NCBI RefSeq assembly: GCF_001194135.2
Contig: NC_068985.1
Coordinates: forward strand, 111,024,838-111,068,910
From: Octopus bimaculoides
Lineage: Eukaryota
DNA: 44,073 nucleotides
Direction: 5' to 3'
Below the pieces are notes generated by a model that ran no database searches, was not told the origin of the DNA, and worked only from the letters and a program-made list of their open reading frames with translations. Shown in pieces: positions 43,525-44,073 of the stretch; the first letter of the stretch is position 1, and the number at the start of each line of letters is the position of its first letter. The translations under genes were made by a program, and so were the position numbers.

Positions 43525-44037
43525 GTCTATCACACACGCGCGCGCGCACAGATAGACACACATATAATTCAGATAAAAAGAGGAAGAAAAAAATTAGCAC
43601 TGTTTCGGTATCAATCTGTATTTAACGCTAATGTACGTAAATATTTCTTGTGAAATGTTATGTATTATATGTAGCTTCTTCCATTAGAGTAATACCACAT
43701 CAGACTTGCATCAACAAATGCACTATCCCATTGGGTCGTACGTAAAAGGATATTAAAAACGGAGTGGTACTCAAATAATTGTAACTATTAATTAATTGTA
43801 ACTAATAATTGTAATAATTAAAGATGTACTAACCACTTTCTTCGTCTTCTTATTTGGATGAATTACTATTCTTTGTAAGACCCACACGTTAAAATTACCG
43901 GTGATGCACCTGAGTTTTCTACATCAGCGGAATATCAGTCTTTCTCGAAACTATATTTGGAAAGAAGAAATAAGCAGGTGCTCGAGTTAAGTGCAGCATT
44001 GGAAATGTTCCGACTTCCTTCTCTATCAGGCTCCTAA

Positions 44038-44073
<36 letters not shown>

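Overview
Eukaryotic, AT-rich, repeat-saturated DNA with no host protein-coding gene that I can support. It contains 16 assembly gaps (about 8.5 kb of N), most bordered by microsatellites. The SINE families and microsatellite load look like an octopus/cephalopod draft genome; this is inference from remembered repeat consensus, not a database match. Nearly all ORFs in the track are artefacts of microsatellites or N-runs. What I can identify: (i) four tRNA-derived SINE families in about 28 full or partial copies; (ii) decayed transposase remnants: a mariner (D34D, internally deleted), a Tc1 (DD34E) and a Mutator-like element; (iii) restriction-like-endonuclease (R4/Dong-type) LINE 3' fragments, two of them stacked on (TAA)n tracts; (iv) a Penelope-like ORF remnant and Penelope-like terminal repeats; (v) several palindromic MITE/fold-back elements. 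The most notable signal is a pair of type I hammerhead ribozyme motifs on the + strand at 410-464 and 621-655, whose predicted cleavage sites lie 191 nt apart. A decayed third motif sits at 35355-35390.
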